Source of the DNA: Methanothermobacter marburgensis str. Marburg
GTDB taxonomy: Archaea > Methanobacteriota > Methanobacteria > Methanobacteriales > Methanothermobacteraceae
Assembly (NCBI RefSeq): GCF_000145295.1
Contig: NC_014408.1
Coordinates: 900,001-932,000 of the forward strand
Direction: 5' to 3'
Length of the DNA: 32,000 nucleotides
The first letter of the stretch is position 1, and each line of letters begins with the position of its first letter. Below, in pieces: positions 24,669-32,000 of the stretch. The translations under genes and the position numbers were made by a program. The notes beneath the pieces were generated by a model that searched no databases, had not been told where the DNA came from, and saw only the letters and a program-made list of their open reading frames with translations.

Positions 24669-25420
24669 TGGAAATGCTGGCGGTTGAGATGAGGGATGTC
24701 AATTACCACGTGAATGGCAGGCCCATACTTGAGGACATCAACCTTGAGGTACCTGAAGGTGAAATCCTTGCAGTGATCGGACCCAACGGTGGGGGTAAAA
24801 CAACACTACTGAAACTCATAACAGGACAGATAAGGCCATCCTCAGGGACTGTGAAGGTTCTGGGAAAAAATCCTGAGGATGCCAGGGAAAGGATTGGATA
24901 CCTCCCCCAGAGGAGTCACTTCAAAACAGATTTCCCCATAAACGTCCTCCAGACAGTCCTGATGGGCACATACAGGAGATTTGAGGCATATGCAGATGAT
25001 GATAGAAAAAGGGCCCTCAGATCCCTGGAAATGGTGGGGATGCTTGATTACAAGGATAGAAAAATTGGTGAGCTCTCAGGGGGAGAGCTGCAGAGGGTTT
25101 TCCTTGCAAGGGCCATTGTAAGGGACCCTGATCTTCTCCTCCTTGATGAGCCAACTGCAAGCGTTGACCCGGCCTTCAGGACCTCGTTCTACAACCTCAT
25201 GGATGACCTCAGGGAGAGGATGACGGTGATCCTGGTATCCCACGATATCGGGACGGTCACACAGCACGTGGACAGTGTGGCGTGCCTGAACCACAGGCTA
25301 TTCGTCCATGGGACAGTGGAGGAGGCCGTCAGCTGCCTTGAGGATGCATACGGCTGTCCAGTGGAACTCATCGCACATGGGATACCCCACAGGGTGCTCC
25401 ATGAACACCGGGAGGGGTGA
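24665..25420 (+). CDS. Metal ABC transporter ATP-binding protein (ZnuC-like)
   Basis: Motifs present are Walker [10 protein letters not shown], signature LSGGELQR, Walker B LLLLDEP and the H-loop SHD. The start overlaps the upstream stop. Confidence 0.9.
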   Translation: MMEMLAVEMRDVNYHVNGRPILEDINLEVPEGEILAVIGPNGGGKTTLLKLITGQIRPSSGTVKVLGKNPEDARERIGYLPQRSHFKTDFPINVLQTVLMGTYRRFEAYADDDRKRALRSLEMVGMLDYKDRKIGELSGGELQRVFLARAIVRDPDLLLLDEPTASVDPAFRTSFYNLMDDLRERMTVILVSHDIGTVTQHVDSVACLNHRLFVHGTVEEAVSCLEDAYGCPVELIAHGIPHRVLHEHREG

Positions 25421-26232
25421 TTGCCGTGCTTGAAATCCTCCAGTACCAGTTCATGAGGAACGCGGTGGTTGCAGCGGTACTTGTCAGCATAGCCTGCGGT
25501 ATAGTTGGAAGCTATGTTGTGACCAAGAGGATAGTCTCAATAAGCGGGGGTATATCACACGCAGCATTCGGTGGTGTGGGGCTGGGGTACCTACTCGGTG
25601 TGAATCCGGTGACGGCGGCCATCCCCTTCACCGTTGCAGCCGCTCTCCTTATGGGTAAAATCACGAGAAAAACAGATATAAGTGAGGATACCGCGATAGG
25701 CATGCTCTGGTCAGCCGGTATGGCTCTGGGTATACTGTTCGTGAACCTCAGCCCTGGTTATGCCCCGGATCTCTTCAGCTACCTCTTCGGCAACATCCTC
25801 ATGGTAAGCAGCACCGACCTCTGGACCATGCTCCTCCTTGACCTCATCATAATAGCAAGTGCCCTCCTTTTCAACAGGGAATTTGTGGCACTCTGCTTCG
25901 ATGAGGAGTACGCAGAGGTCCTTGGCGTGCCCGCTGACGCCTTTTACCTGTACCTGCTTTCACTGGTTGCCATAAGTGTCGTTGTGCTCATAAAGGCAGC
26001 GGGCATAATACTTGTGATGGCACTGCTCACGGTTCCAGCGGCTGTTGCAAGGGACTTCAGTACCGATATGGGGGACATCATGGTTAAGGCCTCAATCACA
26101 GGGATATTTGCAGCTATGCTGGGCCTATGGGTTTCCTACTGGTTCAATATCTCATCAGGGGCCGTCATAGTCCTTATACTCACACTTCTATTTGGCGCGG
26201 CCCGGATACTGAAGTCCCTGAGGAGTTCATAA
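25417..26232 (+). CDS. Metal ABC transporter permease (ZnuB-like, ABC-3 family)
   Basis: It is a 271-aa polytopic membrane protein. GTG 25417 overlaps the znuC-like stop. Confidence 0.85.
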   Translation: MIAVLEILQYQFMRNAVVAAVLVSIACGIVGSYVVTKRIVSISGGISHAAFGGVGLGYLLGVNPVTAAIPFTVAAALLMGKITRKTDISEDTAIGMLWSAGMALGILFVNLSPGYAPDLFSYLFGNILMVSSTDLWTMLLLDLIIIASALLFNREFVALCFDEEYAEVLGVPADAFYLYLLSLVAISVVVLIKAAGIILVMALLTVPAAVARDFSTDMGDIMVKASITGIFAAMLGLWVSYWFNISSGAVIVLILTLLFGAARILKSLRSS

Positions 26233-26320
26233 GAACCAGATCTATGATCCTATCAAAAAAATACAGATTCACAGCAAGCATATCAAAAAATACATTAAAG
26301 AATAAATGAAACCCTAGATT

Positions 26321-26527
26321 ATGAAGTGCGGATCAGACCTCAGGGATACGCTGAAATCAGCAATCGGTGACTACCTCAGCATCACACTCATAACCGGGAA
26401 GACGTACTACGGTGAGGTCAAGAGGGTTGAAACCGATTATCTGAGCCTTGAACTAAAATTAAGGGGTGGTAAAACAACCACCACCGTCATAATACCCCTT
26501 GCACATATTGTGACGATCACCCTTTAG
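26321..26527 (+). CDS. Small beta-rich hypothetical protein (possibly Sm-like fold)
   Basis: 68 aa. The pattern [26 protein letters not shown]...[11 protein letters not shown] resembles small Sm/DUF2642-like barrels. The 3' end overlaps rpiA convergently by 11 nt. No clear SD is present. Confidence 0.4.
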   Translation: MKCGSDLRDTLKSAIGDYLSITLITGKTYYGEVKRVETDYLSLELKLRGGKTTTTVIIPLAHIVTITL

Positions 26528-27194
26528 GCCTGAGGACCTCAACACCACCTGCAGTCCCCACGATAACCATATCTGCAAGGCCTGCGAAGATACCATTCTC
26601 CACCACACCTGGTATGCTGTTTAGATCCACCTCAAGGCCTGCCGGGTCATCAATGGCACCGAATGATGCGTCAAGGACAAAGTTGCCGTTATCTGTCACA
26701 ACGGGGCCGTCCTTCCCCTCACATGACCTGAGGGTTACAGTGGCCCCCATGGACTCAAGTCTTATCATAACGGGTCTGCAGGCTGCAGGGATGACCTCAA
26801 CAGGGAGGGGAAATGCGCCCAGTCTATCAACAAGTTTTGATTCATCCACTATAACTATGAAGCGCCCTGCAGATGAGTCAACTATCTTCTCAAGTGTGTG
26901 GGCAGCCCCACCCCCCTTTATAAGGTTGAGTTGAGGGTCCACCTCATCTGCGCCGTCAACAGCCACATCAACGTCGTGTTCTGCAAGACTTGTAACTCCT
27001 ATACCTGACTCTGCTGCAAGGAACATGGACTGGTAGGATGTGGGTACACCCATAACCTCCAGTTCCTCCTCCCTGACGCGCCTTCCAAGTTCCACTATGA
27101 AGTGGTGGGTCGTTGAACCGGTGCCAAGTCCAACGATATCCCCATCTCTTATCTCCTCAACCGCCCTGAGGGCGGCCATCCTCTTGAGATCCAT
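26517..27194 (-). CDS. rpiA: Ribose-5-phosphate isomerase A
   Basis: Motifs present are [15 protein letters not shown] and LIKGGGAA. It is 225 aa. Confidence 0.9.
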   Translation of the reverse strand: MDLKRMAALRAVEEIRDGDIVGLGTGSTTHHFIVELGRRVREEELEVMGVPTSYQSMFLAAESGIGVTSLAEHDVDVAVDGADEVDPQLNLIKGGGAAHTLEKIVDSSAGRFIVIVDESKLVDRLGAFPLPVEVIPAACRPVMIRLESMGATVTLRSCEGKDGPVVTDNGNFVLDASFGAIDDPAGLEVDLNSIPGVVENGIFAGLADMVIVGTAGGVEVLRPKG

Positions 27195-27207
27195 TGTGAA
27201 CTCCCAT

Positions 27208-27651
27208 TCATTTTTTATCCAGGGGTTTCAAAAGAACCCTTCTCAGTTCATGACCCCCGGGGCACTGTTTTCCAGGTTTTCCAAGATTTTTTACAATCCT
27301 GCACCTGTCACCCCCCAGGATACCCTCGGGGAAACAGAGATCATGCATGCCGCACTCCAGGTCACATTCAGGAAACTCGAACGAGATCACCGATCCTTCA
27401 AATGCTCCCTTTGCGTCTATTAGTGCCTCAACGTTGGATTTTTCAACTTCAATCACCTTCACCTTCTCTCCAAGATGAACCGGGCACCTCTGGTACCTGT
27501 CCTTAACATCGGTTATCCTGTAGAGCCTCCCCTCCTCGAGGGGTCCTATGCATGTTGACCTGAACCTGCAATCCTCACATTCCTCTGCAGGTCCGCAGAA
27601 GAGGAACCTTGACCCCTTCCTTGCAAGTTTTTCACCGATAAGAGTTATCAA
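27208..27651 (-). CDS. Cys-rich conserved archaeal protein (UPF0179-like by recollection)
   Basis: 147 aa, starting [10 protein letters not shown]. It has several Cys clusters ([31 protein letters not shown]). TTG 27651 abuts the egsA stop. Confidence 0.65.
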   Translation of the reverse strand: MITLIGEKLARKGSRFLFCGPAEECEDCRFRSTCIGPLEEGRLYRITDVKDRYQRCPVHLGEKVKVIEVEKSNVEALIDAKGAFEGSVISFEFPECDLECGMHDLCFPEGILGGDRCRIVKNLGKPGKQCPGGHELRRVLLKPLDKK

Positions 27652-28695
27652 TCATATCACTTCCGTTATCTTTGCAAGCCTTTCAGCGGCCTCGCGGGTT
27701 AAACCCCTGTCTCCAAGGATGGTGTACCTTTCCTTTCTGATGGTGTGGGCCACTGTAAGTGCCTCTATGATGTATTCAGGGTCGATACCGAGTTCAGCTG
27801 CTGTTGTTGGGGCGTTTATCCTTGCCAGGGCATCCCTTATGAATCTCCAGTCCCCGCCGTGGAGGTGCATCATCATTATGGTCCCCACCCCGCACTGTTC
27901 GCCGTGGAGTGCGGGTTCAGGTGCCACCATGTCAAGGGCGTGGCTGAACTTGTGCTCCGAGCCACTGGCAGGCCTGCTGCTCCCTGCTATGCTTATGACT
28001 ATACCGCTGCTTATGAGTGACTTTACAGCCAGCCTTGCGCTCTCCTCAAGGCCCTCCTTTATGGCGTCGGCAGATTTTATAATCATCTTGGCTGTCATGA
28101 GTGAAAGTGCTGCTGCTGATTCACTGTACCTCTCATTAAGAAGCCTGTGGGCAAGTTTCCAGTCCATTATGGCCGTGTAATTGGATATTATATCTGCACA
28201 GCCAGATGCAAGGAGCCTGAAGGGTGCCTTCCTTATGACCTCGGTATCTGCTATCACACCAATGGGTGAGGAGGCCTCAAGGGACGCTGTGCCCTCACCG
28301 TTCCTTATGGATGCCCTGGGGGACGCTATCCCATCATGGGATGCCGCGGTGGGCACACTTATGAAGTGCACGCCCTCAAGGGTGGCGGCCATCTTCGCAA
28401 CATCGATGACCTTACCCCCACCCACACCAAGCACAAGGGAGGTGCCGTTAAGGCCATCCTGGACCTGGGCCACCGAGGCCATGGTGGCATCCCCAACCGT
28501 GACCTGGTCAACCTCGAACCCGGCATCCTGCAGACTCTCAATAGCCGTTTCACCGGCAATTTTAAGGGTTCTGGGGCCTGTCACCACCATAACCCTCCCC
28601 TCGAATCTAAGGTCACTGCATATCCTCCCGGTATCCTCTATAACACCGGGCCCTGTGTGTATCTCCCTTGGTAGCTGAATTTTCCTTGGATCCAT
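27652..28695 (-). CDS. egsA: sn-Glycerol-1-phosphate dehydrogenase
   Basis: It belongs to the iron-type ADH/DHQS-like family. Motifs [21 protein letters not shown] and [11 protein letters not shown] are characteristic of archaeal G1PDH. It is 347 aa. Confidence 0.9.
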   Translation of the reverse strand: MDPRKIQLPREIHTGPGVIEDTGRICSDLRFEGRVMVVTGPRTLKIAGETAIESLQDAGFEVDQVTVGDATMASVAQVQDGLNGTSLVLGVGGGKVIDVAKMAATLEGVHFISVPTAASHDGIASPRASIRNGEGTASLEASSPIGVIADTEVIRKAPFRLLASGCADIISNYTAIMDWKLAHRLLNERYSESAAALSLMTAKMIIKSADAIKEGLEESARLAVKSLISSGIVISIAGSSRPASGSEHKFSHALDMVAPEPALHGEQCGVGTIMMMHLHGGDWRFIRDALARINAPTTAAELGIDPEYIIEALTVAHTIRKERYTILGDRGLTREAAERLAKITEVI

Positions 28696-28770
28696 GTTAA
28701 CCCTCTGATGGAGTATATTATTTAAGTAGGAGTAATAAAATAATTTTTGATTGGTGTTTATCTCCAGAGG

Positions 28771-28780
28771 AAAATATACT
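28771..28780 (+). promoter_or_regulatory. TATA-like element for proS
   Basis: AAAATATACT lies about 50 nt upstream of ATG 28830, and GGTGA at 28820-28824 can serve as the SD. This argues against the TTG 28782 start in the ORF track. Confidence 0.4.
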
Positions 28781-28829
28781 TTTGCAGAAATTTATCAGAA
28801 AAGACCCTAACTGTTATCATGGTGAAAAA

Positions 28830-30227
28830 ATGACAGAGTTCAGTGAATGGTTCCACAATATTTTAGAGGAAGCCGAGATTATAGATCAGAGGTATCCGGT
28901 CAAGGGTATGCATGTATGGATGCCCCATGGATTCAGGATAAGGAAAAACACCCTTAATATCCTGAAGAGGATACTTGACAGGGACCATGAGGAGGTTCTC
29001 TTCCCGCTTCTTGTACCTGAGGATGAACTGGCAAAGGAGGCCATACACGTAAAGGGCTTCGAGGACGAGGTTTACTGGGTTACACATGGGGGCCTCAGCA
29101 AACTCCAGAGGAAACTGGCCCTCAGGCCCACAAGTGAAACCGTCATGTACCCCATGTTCGCACTCTGGGTGAGGTCACACACGGATCTACCCATGAGGTT
29201 CTACCAGATAGTTAACACCTTCAGGTATGAGACAAAACATACAAGGCCTCTGATAAGGGTACGTGAGATAACAACCTTCAAGGAGGCCCACACAATACAT
29301 GCAACCGCCGATGAGGCAGAGGAACAGGTTGAAAGGGCCATAGAAATCTACAGGGAATTCTTCGACTCCCTGGGAATCCCATACCTCATAACAAAGAGGC
29401 CCCCCTGGGACAAATTCCCTGGCTCAGACTACACAATGGCCTTTGACACCCTCATGCCCGACGGCAAAACCCTCCAGATAGGAACCGTCCACAACCTTGG
29501 ACAGACCTTCGCAAGGACCTTCGAGATAAAATTTGAAAACCCTGAGGGTGAGCATGAGTACGTCCACCAGACCTGTTACGGTTTATCAGACAGGGTCATA
29601 GCCTCAGTTATAGCGGTCCACGGGGATGAATCAGGTTTATGTCTACCCCCCGAGGTTGCAGCCCACCAGGTGGTTATAGTACCAGTTATATTCAAGAAGG
29701 CCGCTGATGAGGTCATGGAGGCCTGCAGGGATCTCAGGGATAGTCTTGGAGATGCAGGTTTCAGGGTGCACCTTGATGACCGTGACCTCCGGGCAGGGAG
29801 GAAATACTATGAATGGGAGATGCGCGGCGTCCCCCTGAGGGTTGAGATAGGGCCAAGGGACCTTGAAAATAATTCCGCGGTCATCTCCAGGAGGGACACC
29901 GGTGAGAAGATAACAGCAGACCTTGACGGTATCCAGGACACCCTCAGGGATCTCATGAATGACATCCTCGAAAACCTGAGAAACAGGGCCTGGGAGAGGA
30001 TGGAATCAGAGATCCGTGAGGCAGGGACCATAGAGGAGGCCAGGAACATAATAGAGGAGAAGAGGGGCATAATATCCTTCATGTGGTGCGGTGATGAGGA
30101 GTGCGGCATGGATGTTGAGGAGAAGGTCCGGGTGGATATCCTTGGGATACAGGAGGGTGGAAGCGGTAAATGCATGAACTGTGGTAGAGACGCCCCCTAC
30201 AGGGCATACCTTGCCAGAACCTACTAG
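28830..30227 (+). CDS. proS: Prolyl-tRNA synthetase (archaeal/eukaryal type with C-terminal Zn-binding domain)
   Basis: It starts [19 protein letters not shown]. It has class II motifs ([15 protein letters not shown]; GLSDR) and a C-terminal WCGDEECG...CMNCG. Confidence 0.95.
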   Translation: MTEFSEWFHNILEEAEIIDQRYPVKGMHVWMPHGFRIRKNTLNILKRILDRDHEEVLFPLLVPEDELAKEAIHVKGFEDEVYWVTHGGLSKLQRKLALRPTSETVMYPMFALWVRSHTDLPMRFYQIVNTFRYETKHTRPLIRVREITTFKEAHTIHATADEAEEQVERAIEIYREFFDSLGIPYLITKRPPWDKFPGSDYTMAFDTLMPDGKTLQIGTVHNLGQTFARTFEIKFENPEGEHEYVHQTCYGLSDRVIASVIAVHGDESGLCLPPEVAAHQVVIVPVIFKKAADEVMEACRDLRDSLGDAGFRVHLDDRDLRAGRKYYEWEMRGVPLRVEIGPRDLENNSAVISRRDTGEKITADLDGIQDTLRDLMNDILENLRNRAWERMESEIREAGTIEEARNIIEEKRGIISFMWCGDEECGMDVEEKVRVDILGIQEGGSGKCMNCGRDAPYRAYLARTY

Positions 30228-30941
30228 ATGGGAGATTGGATGAACGCAAGAATCCTTCTTGTCATCAGCCTGATATTCATCTTCGCATTTCTGAGCGGAG
30301 GGATAGGCTACATCACACTGGGAGGCCCAGACCTTGCATCGGCCGTCAGCGATGGTAGTGCAGAGGTTATACAGAAGGGGAGCGCCGGTAACGTTCCGAA
30401 TACTGTGGAAATAAGGAACACGGGGGATAAACCTGTACGGGTTGACAGCGGCACCCTGCTGGCCTCAAACACTTCGGGTGACCTTGTAATTGCCACAGAC
30501 ACCCATGTGAGCCCCGGCTCTGCAGAGGATGTTCCCGCATACTCAGTGGAACCCGAGGAGAGGACCGTGCCGGGGGTTAAACTGAAACCCGCCGGTAAAG
30601 CCCCGGCACTAATGGTGGATGTCCTCTCATCATCGAACCCTTCAGATCCGGCTGAGGCGTTCAACACACAGCTCAAGCTCTGGGTGCTTGCAAGGGGCGA
30701 TGAACTCAACATATACCGTGGAGAGGTTTACGCCATGGTTAAAAAGAGGGATATGAGGTTCTACCAGCTCAGGGAGAACATCACAGCGGTGCGGTCAGAG
30801 CTCATGGATGAGTACAGGCTCACAGAGGAACAGCTCTCAGAGCTGAACATCACCAGCCCAATCCTAAACCAGACAGAAAGTCCCTTTAAACTGTTCTCAG
30901 TACTTGATGCCCTGAAGAACCAGATCGGAGCAAGACAATGA
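30228..30941 (+). CDS. N-terminally membrane-anchored hypothetical protein (predicted extracytoplasmic)
   Basis: A single N-terminal TM (ILLVISLIFIFAFLSGGIGYI) is followed by a soluble domain with several N-x-S/T sequons. It starts directly after the proS stop, and its stop overlaps the cofC ATG. Confidence 0.5.
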   Translation: MGDWMNARILLVISLIFIFAFLSGGIGYITLGGPDLASAVSDGSAEVIQKGSAGNVPNTVEIRNTGDKPVRVDSGTLLASNTSGDLVIATDTHVSPGSAEDVPAYSVEPEERTVPGVKLKPAGKAPALMVDVLSSSNPSDPAEAFNTQLKLWVLARGDELNIYRGEVYAMVKKRDMRFYQLRENITAVRSELMDEYRLTEEQLSELNITSPILNQTESPFKLFSVLDALKNQIGARQ

Positions 30942-31609
30942 AGACCTGCGCCATAATACCTGTTTCAAGGTTTGCACATGCAAAGACACGGCTATCCCCC
31001 ACACTTTCACCGTCAGAACGGGAGGGGCTGCTCAGGGCCATGCTGATGGATGTTTCAGAGGCCCTCAGGAGACACGTTGACCGTGTGCTGGTGATCAGTG
31101 CAGATGCAGATGTCCTTGAATACGCCTACAGCCTTGGAGTCGATATACTTGAGGAGAGGGGTAGAAAGGACCTCAACGGTGCCCTGGAACAGGCTGCTGA
31201 GTTCTGCATACCCGAATTTGAGAGGGTCATGATAACACCCTCAGACATACCCCTCATAGGGAAAACCGATATCACTGAACTCCTCCACAGGGCATCCCAC
31301 TTTGATGTTGTGATAGCCCCTGCCAAGGGTGGCGGGACCAACACCCTGATATTCAGGCCAGGGTCCATGAGGCTGAGGTTTGGTGACTGCAGCTTCTTTG
31401 AGCATGTGAGTGAAGCTGAGAGTAGGGGTCTCAGCGTCTCAGTGTATGACTCATTCTACCTTTCACTGGACGTTAACACAGCAGAGGACCTCGGGGAGAT
31501 AATACTCCATGGAGAAGGGACCCATGCAAGGGAGTACCTCAGAAAGCTCAGTTTCATCGTGAGGCCCTCAAGGGGTTCTGACAGGCTTGAGGTTTCAAGA
31601 TCATTCTAG
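30938..31609 (+). CDS. cofC: 2-phospho-L-lactate guanylyltransferase (F420 biosynthesis)
   Basis: The N-terminus reads [22 protein letters not shown] and GGGTN motifs are present. Size and motifs are typical of CofC. Confidence 0.8.
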   Translation: MKTCAIIPVSRFAHAKTRLSPTLSPSEREGLLRAMLMDVSEALRRHVDRVLVISADADVLEYAYSLGVDILEERGRKDLNGALEQAAEFCIPEFERVMITPSDIPLIGKTDITELLHRASHFDVVIAPAKGGGTNTLIFRPGSMRLRFGDCSFFEHVSEAESRGLSVSVYDSFYLSLDVNTAEDLGEIILHGEGTHAREYLRKLSFIVRPSRGSDRLEVSRSF

Positions 31610-31617
31610 GTGAGACC

Positions 31618-32000
31618 ATGATGGCTCTTTCAATCGCTGGTTTTGATCCATCAGGTGGGGCAGGGATCCTCGCCGATATCAAGACATTCTCTGCCCTTGG
31701 AGTTTACGGTGCAGGGGTTATAACTGCACTCACTGCCCAGAACGTGAGGAGGGTTTCGGGTGTAATGGCCGTGCCCCCTGAATTTGTTGCCGAGCAGATC
31801 GACCTTGTGATGGAGGACCTGAATATAGTGCACGCCAAGACAGGTATGCTCTACAGTGAGGAGATAGTGCTGACAGTTGCAGAGAAGATCAGGAAATATG
31901 ACTTACAGGTTGTTGTGGACCCTGTGATGGTGGCGGCATCCGGAGGCAGCCTATCTGCAGGTGGTTTTTCTGATGCGCTTAGAGATCATCTGCTCCCTGA
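31618..32000 (+). CDS. thiD: Hydroxymethylpyrimidine/phosphomethylpyrimidine kinase, 5' portion (runs off the window)
   Basis: [42 protein letters not shown]... is a typical ThiD N-terminus. The frame stays open to the window end. Confidence 0.85.
   Translation, partial: MMALSIAGFDPSGGAGILADIKTFSALGVYGAGVITALTAQNVRRVSGVMAVPPEFVAEQIDLVMEDLNIVHAKTGMLYSEEIVLTVAEKIRKYDLQVVVDPVMVAASGGSLSAGGFSDALRDHLLP

Noticed and set aside
27548-28180. 210-aa plus-strand ORF opposite egsA/UPF0179, with further antisense ORFs at 28181..28678
   Set aside because: This is an antisense shadow ORF of a well-supported gene. It is Ser/Ala/Leu-rich and has no recognisable domain.
1-32000. Search for tRNA, rRNA, IS elements, integrases, toxin-antitoxin pairs and known defence genes
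   Set aside because: By eye I found no cloverleaf-like or rRNA-like segments, no terminal inverted repeats flanking a transposase-like ORF, and no recognisable nuclease, methylase or cas signatures. Absence by eye is weak evidence. tRNAscan-SE, Infernal, ISEScan and DefenseFinder runs would settle it.

Overview
The window looks like a densely packed archaeal chromosomal segment. Gene content points to a methanogen, probably Methanothermobacter-like: G1P dehydrogenase EgsA, CofC, the AroA'/AroB' archaeal shikimate entry, PriS/PriL primase, an archaeal CCA-adding enzyme, and SD-type RBSs with TTTATATA-type TATA boxes. That placement rests on my recall and has not been searched. I support about 39 protein genes. 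I found no rRNA, tRNA, CRISPR array, IS element or integrase. Most of the window is housekeeping. This includes a methyltransferase-like/aroA'/aroB'/P-loop/thpR operon, cca, priS-priL, metG, a GT4 (AglH-like) transferase, cbiF, nikR with a divergent ZnuABC-type transporter, rpiA-UPF0179-egsA, and proS-X-cofC-thiD. The unusual part is the minus-strand block at about 15.1-20.2 kb. It holds two class-III-signal (type IV pilin-like) proteins, then a translationally coupled Roadblock/LC7 gene, a fusion of a P-loop-dead KaiC-like domain to a small MglA/Arf-like GTPase, and two further KaiC-like ATPases, then a separately promoted TPR protein. I read this as an uncharacterised GTPase-switch plus KaiC-type ATPase signalling module, possibly tied to a surface filament. 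Other oddities are a 62-bp tandem repeat that duplicates the cbiF 3' end, three genes whose conserved N-termini lack a nearby canonical start codon (PHP phosphoesterase, cbiF, priS), an 18-bp perfect GC-core palindrome in front of the aro operon, and an HprK/PEPCK-like P-loop protein coupled to aroB'. All calls come from reading the translations and sequence by eye. No database search was possible.
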